DNA of 64,000 bases from Alphaproteobacteria bacterium. Lineage in GTDB: Bacteria > Pseudomonadota > Alphaproteobacteria > Methylaequorales > Methylaequoraceae. A model generated the notes under the pieces. It searched no databases, was not told where the DNA came from, and saw nothing but the letters and a program-made list of their open reading frames with translations. Of this stretch, positions 35,274 through 45,794 are shown in pieces; the first letter of the stretch is position 1, and every line of letters starts with the position of its first letter. The position numbers were made by a program, and so were the translations under genes. The stretch is taken from positions 11,433-75,432 of the forward strand of contig JBJKUQ010000014.1 of assembly GCA_045563015.1 (NCBI GenBank), read 5' to 3'.

Positions 35274-36374
35274 TTATGTTATTTGAAATTTTTTTCCAAT
35301 CAAATTGGCTGTATAATCCACAACTGGGATAATTTTGGCATAATTTAAACGCATTGGGCCAATAACACCAATAGCACCTATAATTTCTTTTTCTTTATTT
35401 CTAAATGGACTAATTATTGTTGTACAATCCGTTAATCCAAATAAATTATTCTCAGAACCAATAAATATCTGTAATCCTTCGGCTTGCTGTGTTTCATCAA
35501 TAATACCCATTAAATTTTTCTTATCTTCTAATTTTTCTATTAAAATTCTTGTATCCTCAAGTTGTTCAATTGCACTTACATCGTCAAATAATTTTGCAGT
35601 ACCCGTAACAATTAATTTATTTTTTTTACTGACATCATCCCAACAAGCAATACCATCATCTATTAATTTTTGCGCAAGCTTATCTATTCGTATTTTATCA
35701 TCTCTTATTTCCTGATTAATTATTTTTTTACTTTCCAGTAAAGTTCTTCCTTTAATAATAGAATTTAAATAATTAGTTGTCTCAGTTAAAATCGAAATCG
35801 GCAAACCTATGGGGAGAGATATTATCCTATTTTCAATAATGCCATCATCAGTGATCAAAATTACTAAGGCCTTATCTCTACTTACAGGAACAAATTCAAT
35901 ATGTTTTAATTGGCCATTTAATTTTGGAGCAAGGACAATCCCCGCACAGTCAAGAAGTCCTGATAAAAGAGAACCAGCATCATTACAAATTTGTTCAACG
36001 TTTGCCGAACTGTGATCGATTGCTCTTTTTATCTCTTTACTTTGGATATTTGAAATTTTTTTTACTTGAAGTAAACCATCAACAAAAAATCTCAACCCCA
36101 AATCGGTTGGTATTCTTCCAGCTGAGGAATGGTTAGATTTCAATAGGCCCGCATCTTGAAGATCAGACATAACATTTCGGACAGATGCTGGTGACAATTT
36201 CTCACCCATTTTTATTGATAACCTTCTTGATCCAACAGGAAGACCATCTTTTAAAAAATCATCAACAATTAACTTGAAAATCTCTCTGGATCTTTGATCT
36301 AATTCTAATATCTTTGAAGAAGTTCTTCTTTGCAAAACCACATTAGAGAAATTTAGATTGTTTTTTACATTCAT
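35274..36374 (-). CDS. hrcA: Heat-inducible transcription repressor HrcA
   Basis: 366 aa. N-terminal winged helix (LDQRSREIFKLIVDDFLKDGLPVGSRRLS) and hrcA-grpE order. Confidence 0.9.
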   Translation of the reverse strand: MNVKNNLNFSNVVLQRRTSSKILELDQRSREIFKLIVDDFLKDGLPVGSRRLSIKMGEKLSPASVRNVMSDLQDAGLLKSNHSSAGRIPTDLGLRFFVDGLLQVKKISNIQSKEIKRAIDHSSANVEQICNDAGSLLSGLLDCAGIVLAPKLNGQLKHIEFVPVSRDKALVILITDDGIIENRIISLPIGLPISILTETTNYLNSIIKGRTLLESKKIINQEIRDDKIRIDKLAQKLIDDGIACWDDVSKKNKLIVTGTAKLFDDVSAIEQLEDTRILIEKLEDKKNLMGIIDETQQAEGLQIFIGSENNLFGLTDCTTIISPFRNKEKEIIGAIGVIGPMRLNYAKIIPVVDYTANLIGKKFQIT

Positions 36375-36419
36375 AATGTTTAATAATTTACTTAAGCTTG
36401 TCTGAAAGTATATTTAAGA

Positions 36420-37142
36420 ATGAGAAAATTCAACAGAAAAAATCATGAAATTAGAGAAATCTCAATTAATAAAGATATTAGTACAAATGCTGATGGTTCA
36501 TGTGAGATATGTTTTGGTTCAACCAAGGTGCTTTGCACAGCATCATTTGAAAAAGATATTCCGCATTGGCTAAAGAACCAAGGTAAAGGATGGGTTACTG
36601 CTGAATATGGAATGCTACCTGGATCAACTTCTTCAAGAAATAAGAGAGAATCAAGAGTTGGGAAACAATCTGGTAGAACAGTCGAGATTCAAAGACTTAT
36701 TGGAAGATCTCTTAGAAATGTAATAGATCTAAAAAAACTTGACGGTTACCAATTTATTATTGATTGTGATGTTATTCAAGCTGATGGAGGAACAAGAACT
36801 GCAAGTATATCTGGTGCTTATGTTGCCTTATCATTGGCAATTGAAAAATTAATTAATAAAGGTGAGTTGAAAGAAAACCCTATAATTGATGGTTTATCTG
36901 CTATCTCATGTGGAATTGTTGATGGAAACATATTGGTTGATTTAGATTATGATGAAGATTCAAGGGCGGAGGTTGATGCTAATTTCGTGTTTTCAAGAAA
37001 TCTGGGAATTTGTGAAGTTCAAGTTTCAGGTGAAAGAGGTCCTTTTCAGTTACACTTTGTCAATGAAATGATAAATCTAGGTTTAAATGAGGCAGAAAAA
37101 ATCTTCAAAATTCAAGAAGAAGTGATTAGTAGCCTTGACTAA
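36420..37142 (+). CDS. rph: Ribonuclease PH
   Basis: 240 aa. ..GSCEICFGSTKVLCTAS.., ..GWVTAEYGMLPGST.., ..DCDVIQADGGTRTASI... Confidence 0.95.
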   Translation: MRKFNRKNHEIREISINKDISTNADGSCEICFGSTKVLCTASFEKDIPHWLKNQGKGWVTAEYGMLPGSTSSRNKRESRVGKQSGRTVEIQRLIGRSLRNVIDLKKLDGYQFIIDCDVIQADGGTRTASISGAYVALSLAIEKLINKGELKENPIIDGLSAISCGIVDGNILVDLDYDEDSRAEVDANFVFSRNLGICEVQVSGERGPFQLHFVNEMINLGLNEAEKIFKIQEEVISSLD

Positions 37143-37737
37143 AACTGTTAACAATAAATTAATAGTTTTAGCATCTCACAACAAAGGTAAGATAAAAGAA
37201 TTCAAAAGCTTATTCTCCAATTACAATGTAAAAATCATCACGTCCTCAGAATTAGGTATAACTGAAGTTGAAGAAACAGGAAATACTTTTGAAGAAAATG
37301 CTATTATAAAAGCTAGAAGTATTCCTGAAGGAAGGCTCAGTATATCAGACGACTCTGGTTTATGTATCGAAGGTTTAGAAAACTACCCTGGAATCTTTTC
37401 ATCCAGATATGCTGACAAATGTGGTGGGTGGTATCAAGCAATGGAGAAGTTATATAAAGATTTAATAAAAGTCTCTATCAATAACTTCAAAGCATACTTC
37501 CACTCTGTCATTGCTATTAGATGGGAAAACAACGAAATATCAACATTTGCAGGTACTATTAAAGGAAAAATATCCTGGCCACCAAAAGGTGATAATGGTT
37601 TTGGCTATGACCCCTTCTTCATTCCTGATGGACAATGCAAAACCTTTGGTGAAATAAAGCACGAAGAAAAAATTAGAATTGATCATAGATTTAAAGCTTT
37701 TGAAAAGCTGGCTAAATTGCATTTAATTGGCAACTAA
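37135..37737 (+). CDS. rdgB: Non-canonical purine NTP pyrophosphatase (RdgB/HAM1)
   Basis: 200 aa, TTG start. ..ASHNKGKIKEF.., ..ETGNTFEENA.., ..DDSGLCIEGL.., ..FGYDPFF.., ..HR..AF. Confidence 0.9.
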   Translation: MTKTVNNKLIVLASHNKGKIKEFKSLFSNYNVKIITSSELGITEVEETGNTFEENAIIKARSIPEGRLSISDDSGLCIEGLENYPGIFSSRYADKCGGWYQAMEKLYKDLIKVSINNFKAYFHSVIAIRWENNEISTFAGTIKGKISWPPKGDNGFGYDPFFIPDGQCKTFGEIKHEEKIRIDHRFKAFEKLAKLHLIGN

Positions 37738-39739
37738 AAACATTTTCAATCCTACCATTTGCCTTATACTTTTTTATGAATGTTTCTCTTTTGAGTGACC
37801 CTGATTTAACAAGGCTATTGGTAAACTCACCTATATGAATTTTGTTATCAGGATAAATTTCATAAAGTTTAAAATCATCAACCAAATCAATCAAATCAAA
37901 TAAATGAAAGTTTACTGACGTCGGATCCTTGGAAAAAACATCTTTATAATTTTTAATAAAAGTCGATCCTTTGTTTTTTAAATTTGTCACAAAAAAAGTA
38001 TTGGCAAAAAGTTTGTCTTTTTTGTCCGTATCTTCCCACAAACTTGTTCCATAAATAAATGTATTGTTGGCATTAATATCATAGAAGGCAAGATGGGATA
38101 AGATTTCTAAAAGTTTATTCCCTTGAGATGCTATTATAATTGAATCAAAGGGGACCCCAAAAGTAAGTTGACGTTCCAATTTTTTTAACTCAGCCTTTTT
38201 CTCTCCAGCAAGTAAAGTTTTATCTTCTGAAATTACTTTTCTCTGTTCTTTAAGTTGTAATTTTCTTTTTTCAAAATCACTAATCAATTTTATATCTTTG
38301 TTTAAATCCTGTTGTGAATGAACAGTCAAAAAATCTAACTCAAACTTTTCGTAAGGACCAAAATTCTCTAAATTTTCCTCGAGTATATTTTTTACAATTT
38401 CCCCATATTTATCATCATGTTTAATTAAAAGTAGTTTCTTTATACTTTTATTTTTTAGATCATCCAAAATACATGAAATCTGATCTTCTGTATTTTGACC
38501 GGAAACAACAATATTTGATGATAAATTATTCAGATCGGGTGACAAACTGAAAAAAGTAATGTCTTTTTTATTACCAAAGTTTTTTTTCAATTCTGCTGTT
38601 TCATATGAAAAAATTGGGCCTATAAAAATATCTACACCATCGTTAATTCCTTTTTGGGCAGCATTGATAACTCCACTCTTTGTACCTTTTGTATCGTAAA
38701 TTTTGAATACAATATCTTTAGGATCAATAGCTAAAGTATACCGGAAAGTATTAAGGACAAGGTTACCTGCCGATCTTTTTTCTCCTGTCAAAGGTAATAA
38801 AAGGCCAATTAAGTTATTAACTTTTTTTTTCAGATTCCTTTTCTCAGTTTGTTTTTTTATATCAAAATAAGCAACATCATCCAAATCTTCATTCTCTTCC
38901 GTAAAGTTCTCATTCTTTTTCGTAACATCTTCATCCTCAACCGTAACATCTTTATCTTTTACTTCCTCATAAAAATCATCTTCATCCTCATAGAAATCAT
39001 CTTCATAGGTCTCTTGCATAACAGTTCCGCTCATTGTATCCATTTCATCCGAGGTTGATTTTTCTGCTCTATAATCCTCAGACTTTGGTAAAGGCTCTTT
39101 CAATATAATTTTTTTCTCAACATCAACCTTAGAAATATTTTCTAACCCTTCATCTAAAACTTTTTCATCACTTAAATCATTTTCGTTTTCTTTTGCCTTA
39201 AACATTTTGGTAAAAAAATCCAGAATACGTTTTTCATCTTTTGGTTTTTCAGGAGCGTAAAATTCATTTAATTCTGCTTTATTAGCTTTTTCATCTTTTT
39301 TTGCAAATTGCTCATCTTTTTTCTCATCTAAAATTAATTCTCTCTCATTGTTTAAATCATTTTTTTCTACATTTGGTTTTGTAATAAGATTTTTCTCTAT
39401 CTTAGATTTTTCATTTTTCTCATCAAGTTTATCTTTCTCTTCGTCTGACCCGAAAAAATCACTAAAAAAATCTAAAATTCTTTTCTCGTCTTTTGGTTCT
39501 TTTGACTCGAAAAATCCTTCCGATTTCACAGGTTTTTCTTGTTTTTCTTGTTTTTCTTGTGTTTTAGGTTTATTTATTTTGCTAACCTTAGCCTCGACTT
39601 GAGGAATATTTTCTTCAACACTTATACTTTTATCCTTTATCTTCCCTTTTATTTCATCTGTTGATTGTGTTAGTTGGCAACCATAGACAAGTAATGTAGA
39701 TGTAACAAATAATATTATTCTGTATCTTAAAAGTTTCAT
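37712..39739 (-). CDS. Lipoprotein with a C-terminal LpoA/LppC-like (type-1 periplasmic-binding fold) domain and a ~300-aa low-complexity N-terminal region
   Basis: 675 aa. Lipobox LLVYG|C. The C-terminal part has LIGLLLPLTGEKRSAGNLV...KIYDTKGT...GVDIFIGPIF, typical of penicillin-binding-protein activators. The N-terminal part is K/E/D-rich with an internal repeat P(K)DEKRILDFF x2. Confidence 0.6.
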   Translation of the reverse strand: MKLLRYRIILFVTSTLLVYGCQLTQSTDEIKGKIKDKSISVEENIPQVEAKVSKINKPKTQEKQEKQEKPVKSEGFFESKEPKDEKRILDFFSDFFGSDEEKDKLDEKNEKSKIEKNLITKPNVEKNDLNNERELILDEKKDEQFAKKDEKANKAELNEFYAPEKPKDEKRILDFFTKMFKAKENENDLSDEKVLDEGLENISKVDVEKKIILKEPLPKSEDYRAEKSTSDEMDTMSGTVMQETYEDDFYEDEDDFYEEVKDKDVTVEDEDVTKKNENFTEENEDLDDVAYFDIKKQTEKRNLKKKVNNLIGLLLPLTGEKRSAGNLVLNTFRYTLAIDPKDIVFKIYDTKGTKSGVINAAQKGINDGVDIFIGPIFSYETAELKKNFGNKKDITFFSLSPDLNNLSSNIVVSGQNTEDQISCILDDLKNKSIKKLLLIKHDDKYGEIVKNILEENLENFGPYEKFELDFLTVHSQQDLNKDIKLISDFEKRKLQLKEQRKVISEDKTLLAGEKKAELKKLERQLTFGVPFDSIIIASQGNKLLEILSHLAFYDINANNTFIYGTSLWEDTDKKDKLFANTFFVTNLKNKGSTFIKNYKDVFSKDPTSVNFHLFDLIDLVDDFKLYEIYPDNKIHIGEFTNSLVKSGSLKRETFIKKYKANGRIENVFSCQLNAI

Positions 39740-39761
39740 TGGCTTGGTGTATACTTAATAA

Positions 39762-40355
39762 ATGTCAAAGTTTATCATTATTGCCAGTATATGTTTATTA
39801 TTTATATATAAAAATGCTTTTAGCAATCTAAATCAACACAGAATTTTAAAATATCTTGAAAGTTTTATTTCACTCAAATCAGAATTCATACAAATCAATA
39901 ATAATGGTGACGTACTCTCCGGAAGTATTATCATATTAAGACCTGGAAAAATCAGGGTTGAATACAATGAAATACCTCTTCTATTAATTTCTGATGGAAA
40001 GAAAATAGCAACTATAAACAAAGAGATCAGATCAATTTCATATTTTAATCTCGAAGACCTTCCAATAAATCTATTATTATTTGATAATTTATCCGAAAAA
40101 GTTAAGTTTTCTAAAATTAAGGAATTAGATAATCAAATTAGGGTTCAATTAAACAAAAAGGATAACGATTCTCAAGGTTTTGTAGAAATAATTTTTGAAA
40201 GCAACCCATTTCTTATGAAAAAATGGACCATATACAATAACCAACAAAAAACAGAAGTACTTCTGAATAATTTACAACTTAATACTTCGTATGATTCTAA
40301 ATTATTTGATATTGAAAAAGAAGACCCTAAAAGAAAGTTCTTTGGTGACAATTAA
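39762..40355 (+). CDS. LolA-like outer-membrane lipoprotein carrier family protein
   Basis: 197 aa. Signal peptide, ..FIQINNNGDVLSGSIIILRPGKIRVEY.. pattern. Confidence 0.5.
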   Translation: MSKFIIIASICLLFIYKNAFSNLNQHRILKYLESFISLKSEFIQINNNGDVLSGSIIILRPGKIRVEYNEIPLLLISDGKKIATINKEIRSISYFNLEDLPINLLLFDNLSEKVKFSKIKELDNQIRVQLNKKDNDSQGFVEIIFESNPFLMKKWTIYNNQQKTEVLLNNLQLNTSYDSKLFDIEKEDPKRKFFGDN

Positions 40356-41011
40356 TTTAAATTTAAAAAATATTTTTTATTTATTAAAGTTATAATTTCA
40401 GGTTCATTAGGGTTCTTTTCTATTTTTTTTCGTAATCTATAAACAAGAGATTCTAAAGTATGCGTCTCAAGAATTCTATTATGACCCCAAACCTCTTTTA
40501 AAATTTCTGCTTTACTATGACCAGATCTACTTCTTGTTAGAAATTTTAAAAAGTTATTTTCAAGTTCTGTTAATTGTATTGATTTTTTATTTTTATTGTC
40601 AAAAAGTTGAGACTTCTCAAAGTCGTAGAAAAAATTACCTATCTTAATATAACTTTCTTTTTCTTTATCTATTATTGAAATCTGGCTTAACTTTTTTTTA
40701 AAGTCCTTAAAATTCATTGGTTGAGATAGAATATCAAAACCATCTAAATCAAAATTATCTAAAATTTTCTTTGGTGCTGTAACAAATATTTTACAATTTA
40801 TTAATTTAACATTCATTAGCTTAGATAAATCATTAAAAAATGATTTTGAGTTTATGTTTATTAAAATTATTTCATCACTTATGGGTAATTTAATGTCGCA
40901 CAAACCCTTTAATTTCGTTAATGAGAAACCTTCATCTATTAGTAATTCAGAAATTTCTTCAAGAAAAAAATTTCCTTCACATATAGCTATAACATTTTTT
41001 TTGATTAACAT
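40352..41011 (-). CDS. OmpR-type winged-helix regulator with a degenerate (pseudo-)receiver domain
   Basis: 219 aa. The C-terminus LTELENNFLKFL...EILKEVWG...THTLESLVYRLRKKI is a Trans_reg_C fold. The N-terminal receiver-like fold lacks the acidic pocket (ICEGN instead of DD) and has N at the phospho-acceptor position (IILININ). Confidence 0.65.
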   Translation of the reverse strand: MLIKKNVIAICEGNFFLEEISELLIDEGFSLTKLKGLCDIKLPISDEIILININSKSFFNDLSKLMNVKLINCKIFVTAPKKILDNFDLDGFDILSQPMNFKDFKKKLSQISIIDKEKESYIKIGNFFYDFEKSQLFDNKNKKSIQLTELENNFLKFLTRSRSGHSKAEILKEVWGHNRILETHTLESLVYRLRKKIEKNPNEPEIITLINKKYFLNLN

Positions 41012-41528
41012 GTTTTTAATGAATGTTTTTGTTCATAGATCAAACAATAAAAATATAGCATATCTTTATTATAATAAAAAAAAAATAATGTGCTTTGTTG
41101 GAAAAAATGGAATTGGAAAAAAGTGTCGTGAAGGAGACTTTATAACGCCCAAAGGTATTTTTAAAATGAATATGGTTTTTTTTCGTGGAGATAAAATTAA
41201 GAAAATTAAGTCTCGTATTCCACTTATAAGGATTAAAAGAAACTTCACTTGGTGTGTAGACTCAAGAAACATAAAATATAATTCTTTTTTTCAAAGAACA
41301 ATTAAATGCAAACATGAAGACCTTCACAGACTTGATGATCTTTATGATATAATTATTGTTATTAATTATAACTTTAATCCAACTATCAAGTACAAGGGTA
41401 GTGCTATTTTTATACACTGCTCTGATAAAAAAACTAAATATACTGAAGGATGTTTAGCAATAAAGAAAGAAGATTTGCTTAATTTGATCCAAAGCTTGTC
41501 ACCAGGCTCTCAGTTAATTATAAATTAA
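41010..41528 (+). CDS. Small L,D-transpeptidase-fold (YkuD-like) protein
   Basis: Catalytic-type motif GSAIFIHC...TEGCLAI, plus REGDFITPKGIF. The track ORF (from 40854) runs antisense through the regulator gene. The likely start is the ATG at 41010 or 41019. Confidence 0.6.
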   Translation: MFLMNVFVHRSNNKNIAYLYYNKKKIMCFVGKNGIGKKCREGDFITPKGIFKMNMVFFRGDKIKKIKSRIPLIRIKRNFTWCVDSRNIKYNSFFQRTIKCKHEDLHRLDDLYDIIIVINYNFNPTIKYKGSAIFIHCSDKKTKYTEGCLAIKKEDLLNLIQSLSPGSQLIIN

Positions 41529-42193
41529 TCACGTTGACCAAATATAGCAGAACCAATCCTCAAATATGTAGCTCCAAATTGGATTGCTTTTGGAAAATCG
41601 TTTGACATACCCATACTAGCCTCTTTTAAATTATATTTTTTGCACAAGTTTTTTAGAACATTAAAGAAATACGACGGTTCCTCATTTAATGGTGGAATGC
41701 ACATTAATCCATTAATCGGAAAATTCATATCTTTATTACACCAATCAAGAAAATCTGATAATTCAGAAATTTTTAATCCATTTTTTTGTGGCTCGCCACC
41801 AACATTTACTTGAACGAAAAATTGTAATTGTTTTTTTTTTTCTAATTCGAGATGTTGTTTAATCTTCTTAACAATTTTTTCGCGATCAATTGTTTGTATA
41901 ACATCAAAGACTTCAAGAGCATCTTTAACTTTATTGGATTGAAGTGGTCCGACAAGATGAAGCTCAATTTCTTTATTTGCTTTTTTCAAATCTATCCATT
42001 TCAAAAGCGCTTCTTGAACTTTATTTTCTCCAAATATTCTTTGTCCTTCATCGATGATCAATTGAATTTTCTCTTTTTGAAACGTTTTTGAAACAGCAAT
42101 CAGCTTAGGAAAACATGTGCTTTCAGAAAATTCAATATTATATCTTTCAATATATTTTAAAATTCTTTTATAATTTTCAACAATGGTAACCAT
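41525..42193 (-). CDS. yggS: YggS-family pyridoxal-phosphate homeostasis protein
   Basis: 222 aa. ..LIAVSKTF.. (PLP lysine), ..HLVGPLQSNK.., ..SMGMSNDF..AI..G.T.LRIGSAIFG. Confidence 0.85.
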   Translation of the reverse strand: MVTIVENYKRILKYIERYNIEFSESTCFPKLIAVSKTFQKEKIQLIIDEGQRIFGENKVQEALLKWIDLKKANKEIELHLVGPLQSNKVKDALEVFDVIQTIDREKIVKKIKQHLELEKKKQLQFFVQVNVGGEPQKNGLKISELSDFLDWCNKDMNFPINGLMCIPPLNEEPSYFFNVLKNLCKKYNLKEASMGMSNDFPKAIQFGATYLRIGSAIFGQRD

Positions 42194-42773
42194 GATAAAC
42201 TCATTTAAAAAAATTAATATTCCAGATCAATGGTTCTTTTGCAATCCCCTTGAGACAGAAAACTATAAAATAGTAAAAAAACTTAACAAAAAAACTGGAA
42301 TTGTTTTTTTTAACAATAATCTGAAAAAAAATGGGGACTTTATAAAAAACATAAAACCTTTTATTCACTTATGTCAAAAAAATCGTATTATGTTTTTAAT
42401 ACAAAGCTCACTTTATTGGGCAAATAAATTTAAGGCACTAGGTATATTAATTGATCTAAATAATAATCCAAAGATAAATATGTTAAATTTAAGAACAATA
42501 AAAAAAAAATTTTTACTTGCAACAAAAATTCACAATCACTTAGAAGCATTAAATTGTAGAGATTGGATTAATATTTCTTTCATATCAAATATCTATAATA
42601 CATCCAGTCATCCCGAAAGAAGAAGTTTAAATATTTATGAAGTTCTAATGTTGTCAAAAATTCTCAAAAGCAGAATAAATTTTGGTTTAGGTGGACTTAC
42701 AAAGAAAAAATTCCATAGGGTAAAAAATAAATGGCTTTATGGTTTCGGTGCAATTAGTTACTTTAAGAAATAA
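42183..42773 (+). CDS. Thiamine-phosphate-synthase-like (ThiE/TenI fold) protein, divergent
   Basis: 196 aa. Weak pattern only (..ALGILID.., ..GLGGLT.., ..GFGAISYF). An alternative start is the ATG at 42192. Confidence 0.4.
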   Translation: MVTMINSFKKINIPDQWFFCNPLETENYKIVKKLNKKTGIVFFNNNLKKNGDFIKNIKPFIHLCQKNRIMFLIQSSLYWANKFKALGILIDLNNNPKINMLNLRTIKKKFLLATKIHNHLEALNCRDWINISFISNIYNTSSHPERRSLNIYEVLMLSKILKSRINFGLGGLTKKKFHRVKNKWLYGFGAISYFKK

Positions 42774-42774
42774 T

Positions 42775-45303
42775 ATGGACTATTCTAAACCTTTTGAAAT
42801 CGAAAAAAAATGGCAAGAACATTGGTTATCTGAAAGAACATATAGTTCAAAACCAAATAAAAAGAATAAAGTTTATATATTAGAAATGTTTCCCTACCCA
42901 TCTGGTAAGATACATATGGGACATTTAAGAAATTACACAATTGGAGATGTCATTGCGCGCTTCTATAAGAATAAAAATTTTAATGTTTTACATCCAATGG
43001 GCTGGGATAGTTTTGGTATGCCCGCTGAAAATGCAGCCATTGAGAATAACCTCAATCCAAAATCATGGACTGAAAAAAATATTCAAAATATGAAAAAACA
43101 ACTCCAATCAATAGGATTAGCTATTGATTGGGAAAGAGAAATTTCGACTAGTAGCCAAGATTACTACAAACATCAACAAAAACTATTTATTGATTTGTTT
43201 AACTCTGGCTTAATCTATAAAAAAGATAGTTATGTAAACTGGGACCCTGTCGATAGGACCGTATTAGCAAATGAACAGGTAATTGACGGTAAGGGTTGGA
43301 GATCTGGAGCTGATATAGAAAAGAAAAAACTTTCTCAGTGGTTTCTTAAAATTTCTGATTTCTCAAAAGAATTATTACATGACCTTAAAAATCTCACAGA
43401 TTGGCCAGAAAAAGTTAAAACAATGCAAAAAAACTGGATTGGTATGTCAAATGGGGTTGAGATTTCTTTCAATCTATATGAACTAAATAAATCAATAAAT
43501 GTTTTTACTACTAGACCTGAAACTATATTTGGAGCTACTTTTATTGCCCTATCAGTAGATCATGAAATCAATAATTTATTCAAGGAACATCAAGGGTTTA
43601 AAAAATTTAAAGATAAATGTTTGTCTTCAAACCAAAAACATAATGAAGAAGAAAAGCATGCATTTTTTACAGAATTATATGCAATACATCCTTTTACTAA
43701 AAAAAAACTTCCAATCTATTTTACAAACTATGTGCTAATAGATTATGGGTTAGGTGCAATTTTTGGATGCCCTGCTCATGATCAAAGAGACTTTGATTTT
43801 GCTAAAGAAAATCAAATCAATATTATAAAAGTAATTGAACCCCCAAGAAAAGATGCACCCTTGCCCTACTTAGAAATAAATGAAGATTCAACTATGGTAA
43901 ATTCTTCTTTTCTTAATGATATGCAATTAAAAAAAGCCAAAGAACTTACCCTCCAAAAGTTAGAAGAAAGAAAAATCGGCAAGAAAAAGACTGATTTTAG
44001 ACTAAGAGATTGGGGTATATCAAGACAAAGATATTGGGGCTGTCCTATACCTATTATATACAGAGAAGACGGTAAAGTTTTACCTGTAGATGAGAGCGAA
44101 TTACCCATCTTGCTTCCTAATGATATTAATATAAACAAATCTGGCAACCCACTAGAAAGTCACCCCAATTGGAAGAAAACAAAATGTAAAAAAACAGGTA
44201 AAAATGCAATAAGAGAAACTGATACACTAGACACTTTCTTTGATTCATCATGGTATTATCTAAGATTCTGCTCTCCTCAAACTAAAGATAAACCTTTTGT
44301 TGAAAAAGATATAGATTATTGGATGCCAGTGGATCATTACATTGGAGGAATAGAACATGCTATTCTTCATCTCCTATACTCAAGGTTTTTTTCAAGAGCG
44401 CTCATAAAATCTAATTATAAAGTCCCGGTTGAACCCTTTAAAAAACTAATAACACAAGGAATGGTTTGTCATGAAACATATAGAGATTCAAAAAATAATT
44501 GGATTGAACCTCAAAAAGTAATTTTTGAAAAAGGAGAGTATTGTCATAGAGTAAATGGGCAGCTAGAAAGATTAATAAAAGGTCGATCGGAAAAAATGAG
44601 TAAATCAAAAAAAAATGTAGTTGATCCCAGTGGTATAATATCAAAATATGGTGCTGACACTGCGAGACTTTTTATGATTTCTGATTCCCCTCCTGAAAGA
44701 GATCTTGAGTGGTCAATTGATGGTATAAAAGCAACTTATAAATTTCTAAAAAAAACATTTGATTACCTTTCAGAGGACTTTTCATTTATTCTGAATTTAG
44801 AAAAAAAAGTTATAGATAGTTTCAATGATAATGAAAAGGAAATATATAACTTTGTAGGTAAAATAATTATTAATTTTTCAAAGGACATTGAATACTATCG
44901 TTTGAACAAGGCTGTTGCAAAATTAAGAGAGCTATCGAATAAAATCATGAATTCAAATATAAATATTCATTTGCATAATTACAGTTGGTCGATTTTTCTG
45001 AGACTAATCTCTATAATTACTCCACATTTTTCTCAAGAGTTAGCTTCAAATTCTGGTTTTAAGAATTTACTTTCAAATATTGAGTGGCCTAATTTCAAAT
45101 TAGAAGCCTTGAGTTCAGAAAAAGTAAATATTGTTGTTCAACTAAATGGAAAGAAGAAAACAATATTAAATGTTTCTCAAAATACAGAGAAGGCGAAACT
45201 TCTAGAAATTATAAAAAAAGATTCAAAAAACAACTTTGTAGATGACTCTTCTATAAAGAAAATTATTTTTATTAAGAATAAAATTATAAACTTTGTAAAA
45301 TGA
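42775..45303 (+). CDS. leuS: Leucine--tRNA ligase
   Basis: HIGH-type motif ([10 protein letters not shown]), [14 protein letters not shown]-terminus. Start placed at the ATG at 42775, just after the upstream stop (the track ORF starts at 42739). Confidence 0.95.
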   Translation: MDYSKPFEIEKKWQEHWLSERTYSSKPNKKNKVYILEMFPYPSGKIHMGHLRNYTIGDVIARFYKNKNFNVLHPMGWDSFGMPAENAAIENNLNPKSWTEKNIQNMKKQLQSIGLAIDWEREISTSSQDYYKHQQKLFIDLFNSGLIYKKDSYVNWDPVDRTVLANEQVIDGKGWRSGADIEKKKLSQWFLKISDFSKELLHDLKNLTDWPEKVKTMQKNWIGMSNGVEISFNLYELNKSINVFTTRPETIFGATFIALSVDHEINNLFKEHQGFKKFKDKCLSSNQKHNEEEKHAFFTELYAIHPFTKKKLPIYFTNYVLIDYGLGAIFGCPAHDQRDFDFAKENQINIIKVIEPPRKDAPLPYLEINEDSTMVNSSFLNDMQLKKAKELTLQKLEERKIGKKKTDFRLRDWGISRQRYWGCPIPIIYREDGKVLPVDESELPILLPNDININKSGNPLESHPNWKKTKCKKTGKNAIRETDTLDTFFDSSWYYLRFCSPQTKDKPFVEKDIDYWMPVDHYIGGIEHAILHLLYSRFFSRALIKSNYKVPVEPFKKLITQGMVCHETYRDSKNNWIEPQKVIFEKGEYCHRVNGQLERLIKGRSEKMSKSKKNVVDPSGIISKYGADTARLFMISDSPPERDLEWSIDGIKATYKFLKKTFDYLSEDFSFILNLEKKVIDSFNDNEKEIYNFVGKIIINFSKDIEYYRLNKAVAKLRELSNKIMNSNINIHLHNYSWSIFLRLISIITPHFSQELASNSGFKNLLSNIEWPNFKLEALSSEKVNIVVQLNGKKKTILNVSQNTEKAKLLEIIKKDSKNNFVDDSSIKKIIFIKNKIINFVK

Positions 45304-45794
45304 AAAAAATTTTTCTAATACTACCATATATTCTTTTTTTCATCCACAGTTGTAGTTATAAACCAATTTATCAGAAAAACCCTTTACTGAGCCATAAAAT
45401 TTTTATCGTTGTAAAATCAAAAGACAGACATGAAAATAATTTGAATCTTGTTAAACTCAACGTATCTGAACAAATAAATGTTAAAAACTCTAAACCTTCT
45501 AATCTTAAACTAGTCATTGCTTTAAAAAGAAATATCTCTGGATTGGGAGTTAATAAGGATATTTATTCCTTTGGAAGAATGCTATCATACAATTTAAATT
45601 ATTCACTTTATGATAAGAAAGGCCTTTTAACATCAGGAAAATTGGAGGGAAAAAGCTCGTATAATGTTAGTGGAAATCCTTATGGAAATGTTGTCTCAGT
45701 TGAAGACACTTCAAAGAAAATACTTAAATCTTTGTCAAGCAGTCTTGGTAAAATTATACTATCCTCTAGTTTCAAAAGACAAGTAATTCCATGA
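45300..45794 (+). CDS. lptE: LPS-assembly lipoprotein LptE (RlpB)-like
   Basis: 164 aa. Lipobox FIHS|C. Conserved leuS-lptE-holA gene order. Confidence 0.65.
   Translation: MKKIFLILPYILFFIHSCSYKPIYQKNPLLSHKIFIVVKSKDRHENNLNLVKLNVSEQINVKNSKPSNLKLVIALKRNISGLGVNKDIYSFGRMLSYNLNYSLYDKKGLLTSGKLEGKSSYNVSGNPYGNVVSVEDTSKKILKSLSSSLGKIILSSSFKRQVIP

Noticed and set aside
40854-41009. 5' extension of the YkuD-fold ORF (52 extra codons)
   Set aside because: It runs antisense through the regulator's N-terminal coding region and adds sequence with no counterpart in the family. Internal ATGs at 41010 or 41019 fit better.
42739-42774. 5' extension of leuS (12 codons, non-ATG start)
   Set aside because: It overlaps the upstream gene. 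The ATG at 42775 gives the canonical LeuRS N-terminus immediately after the upstream stop.
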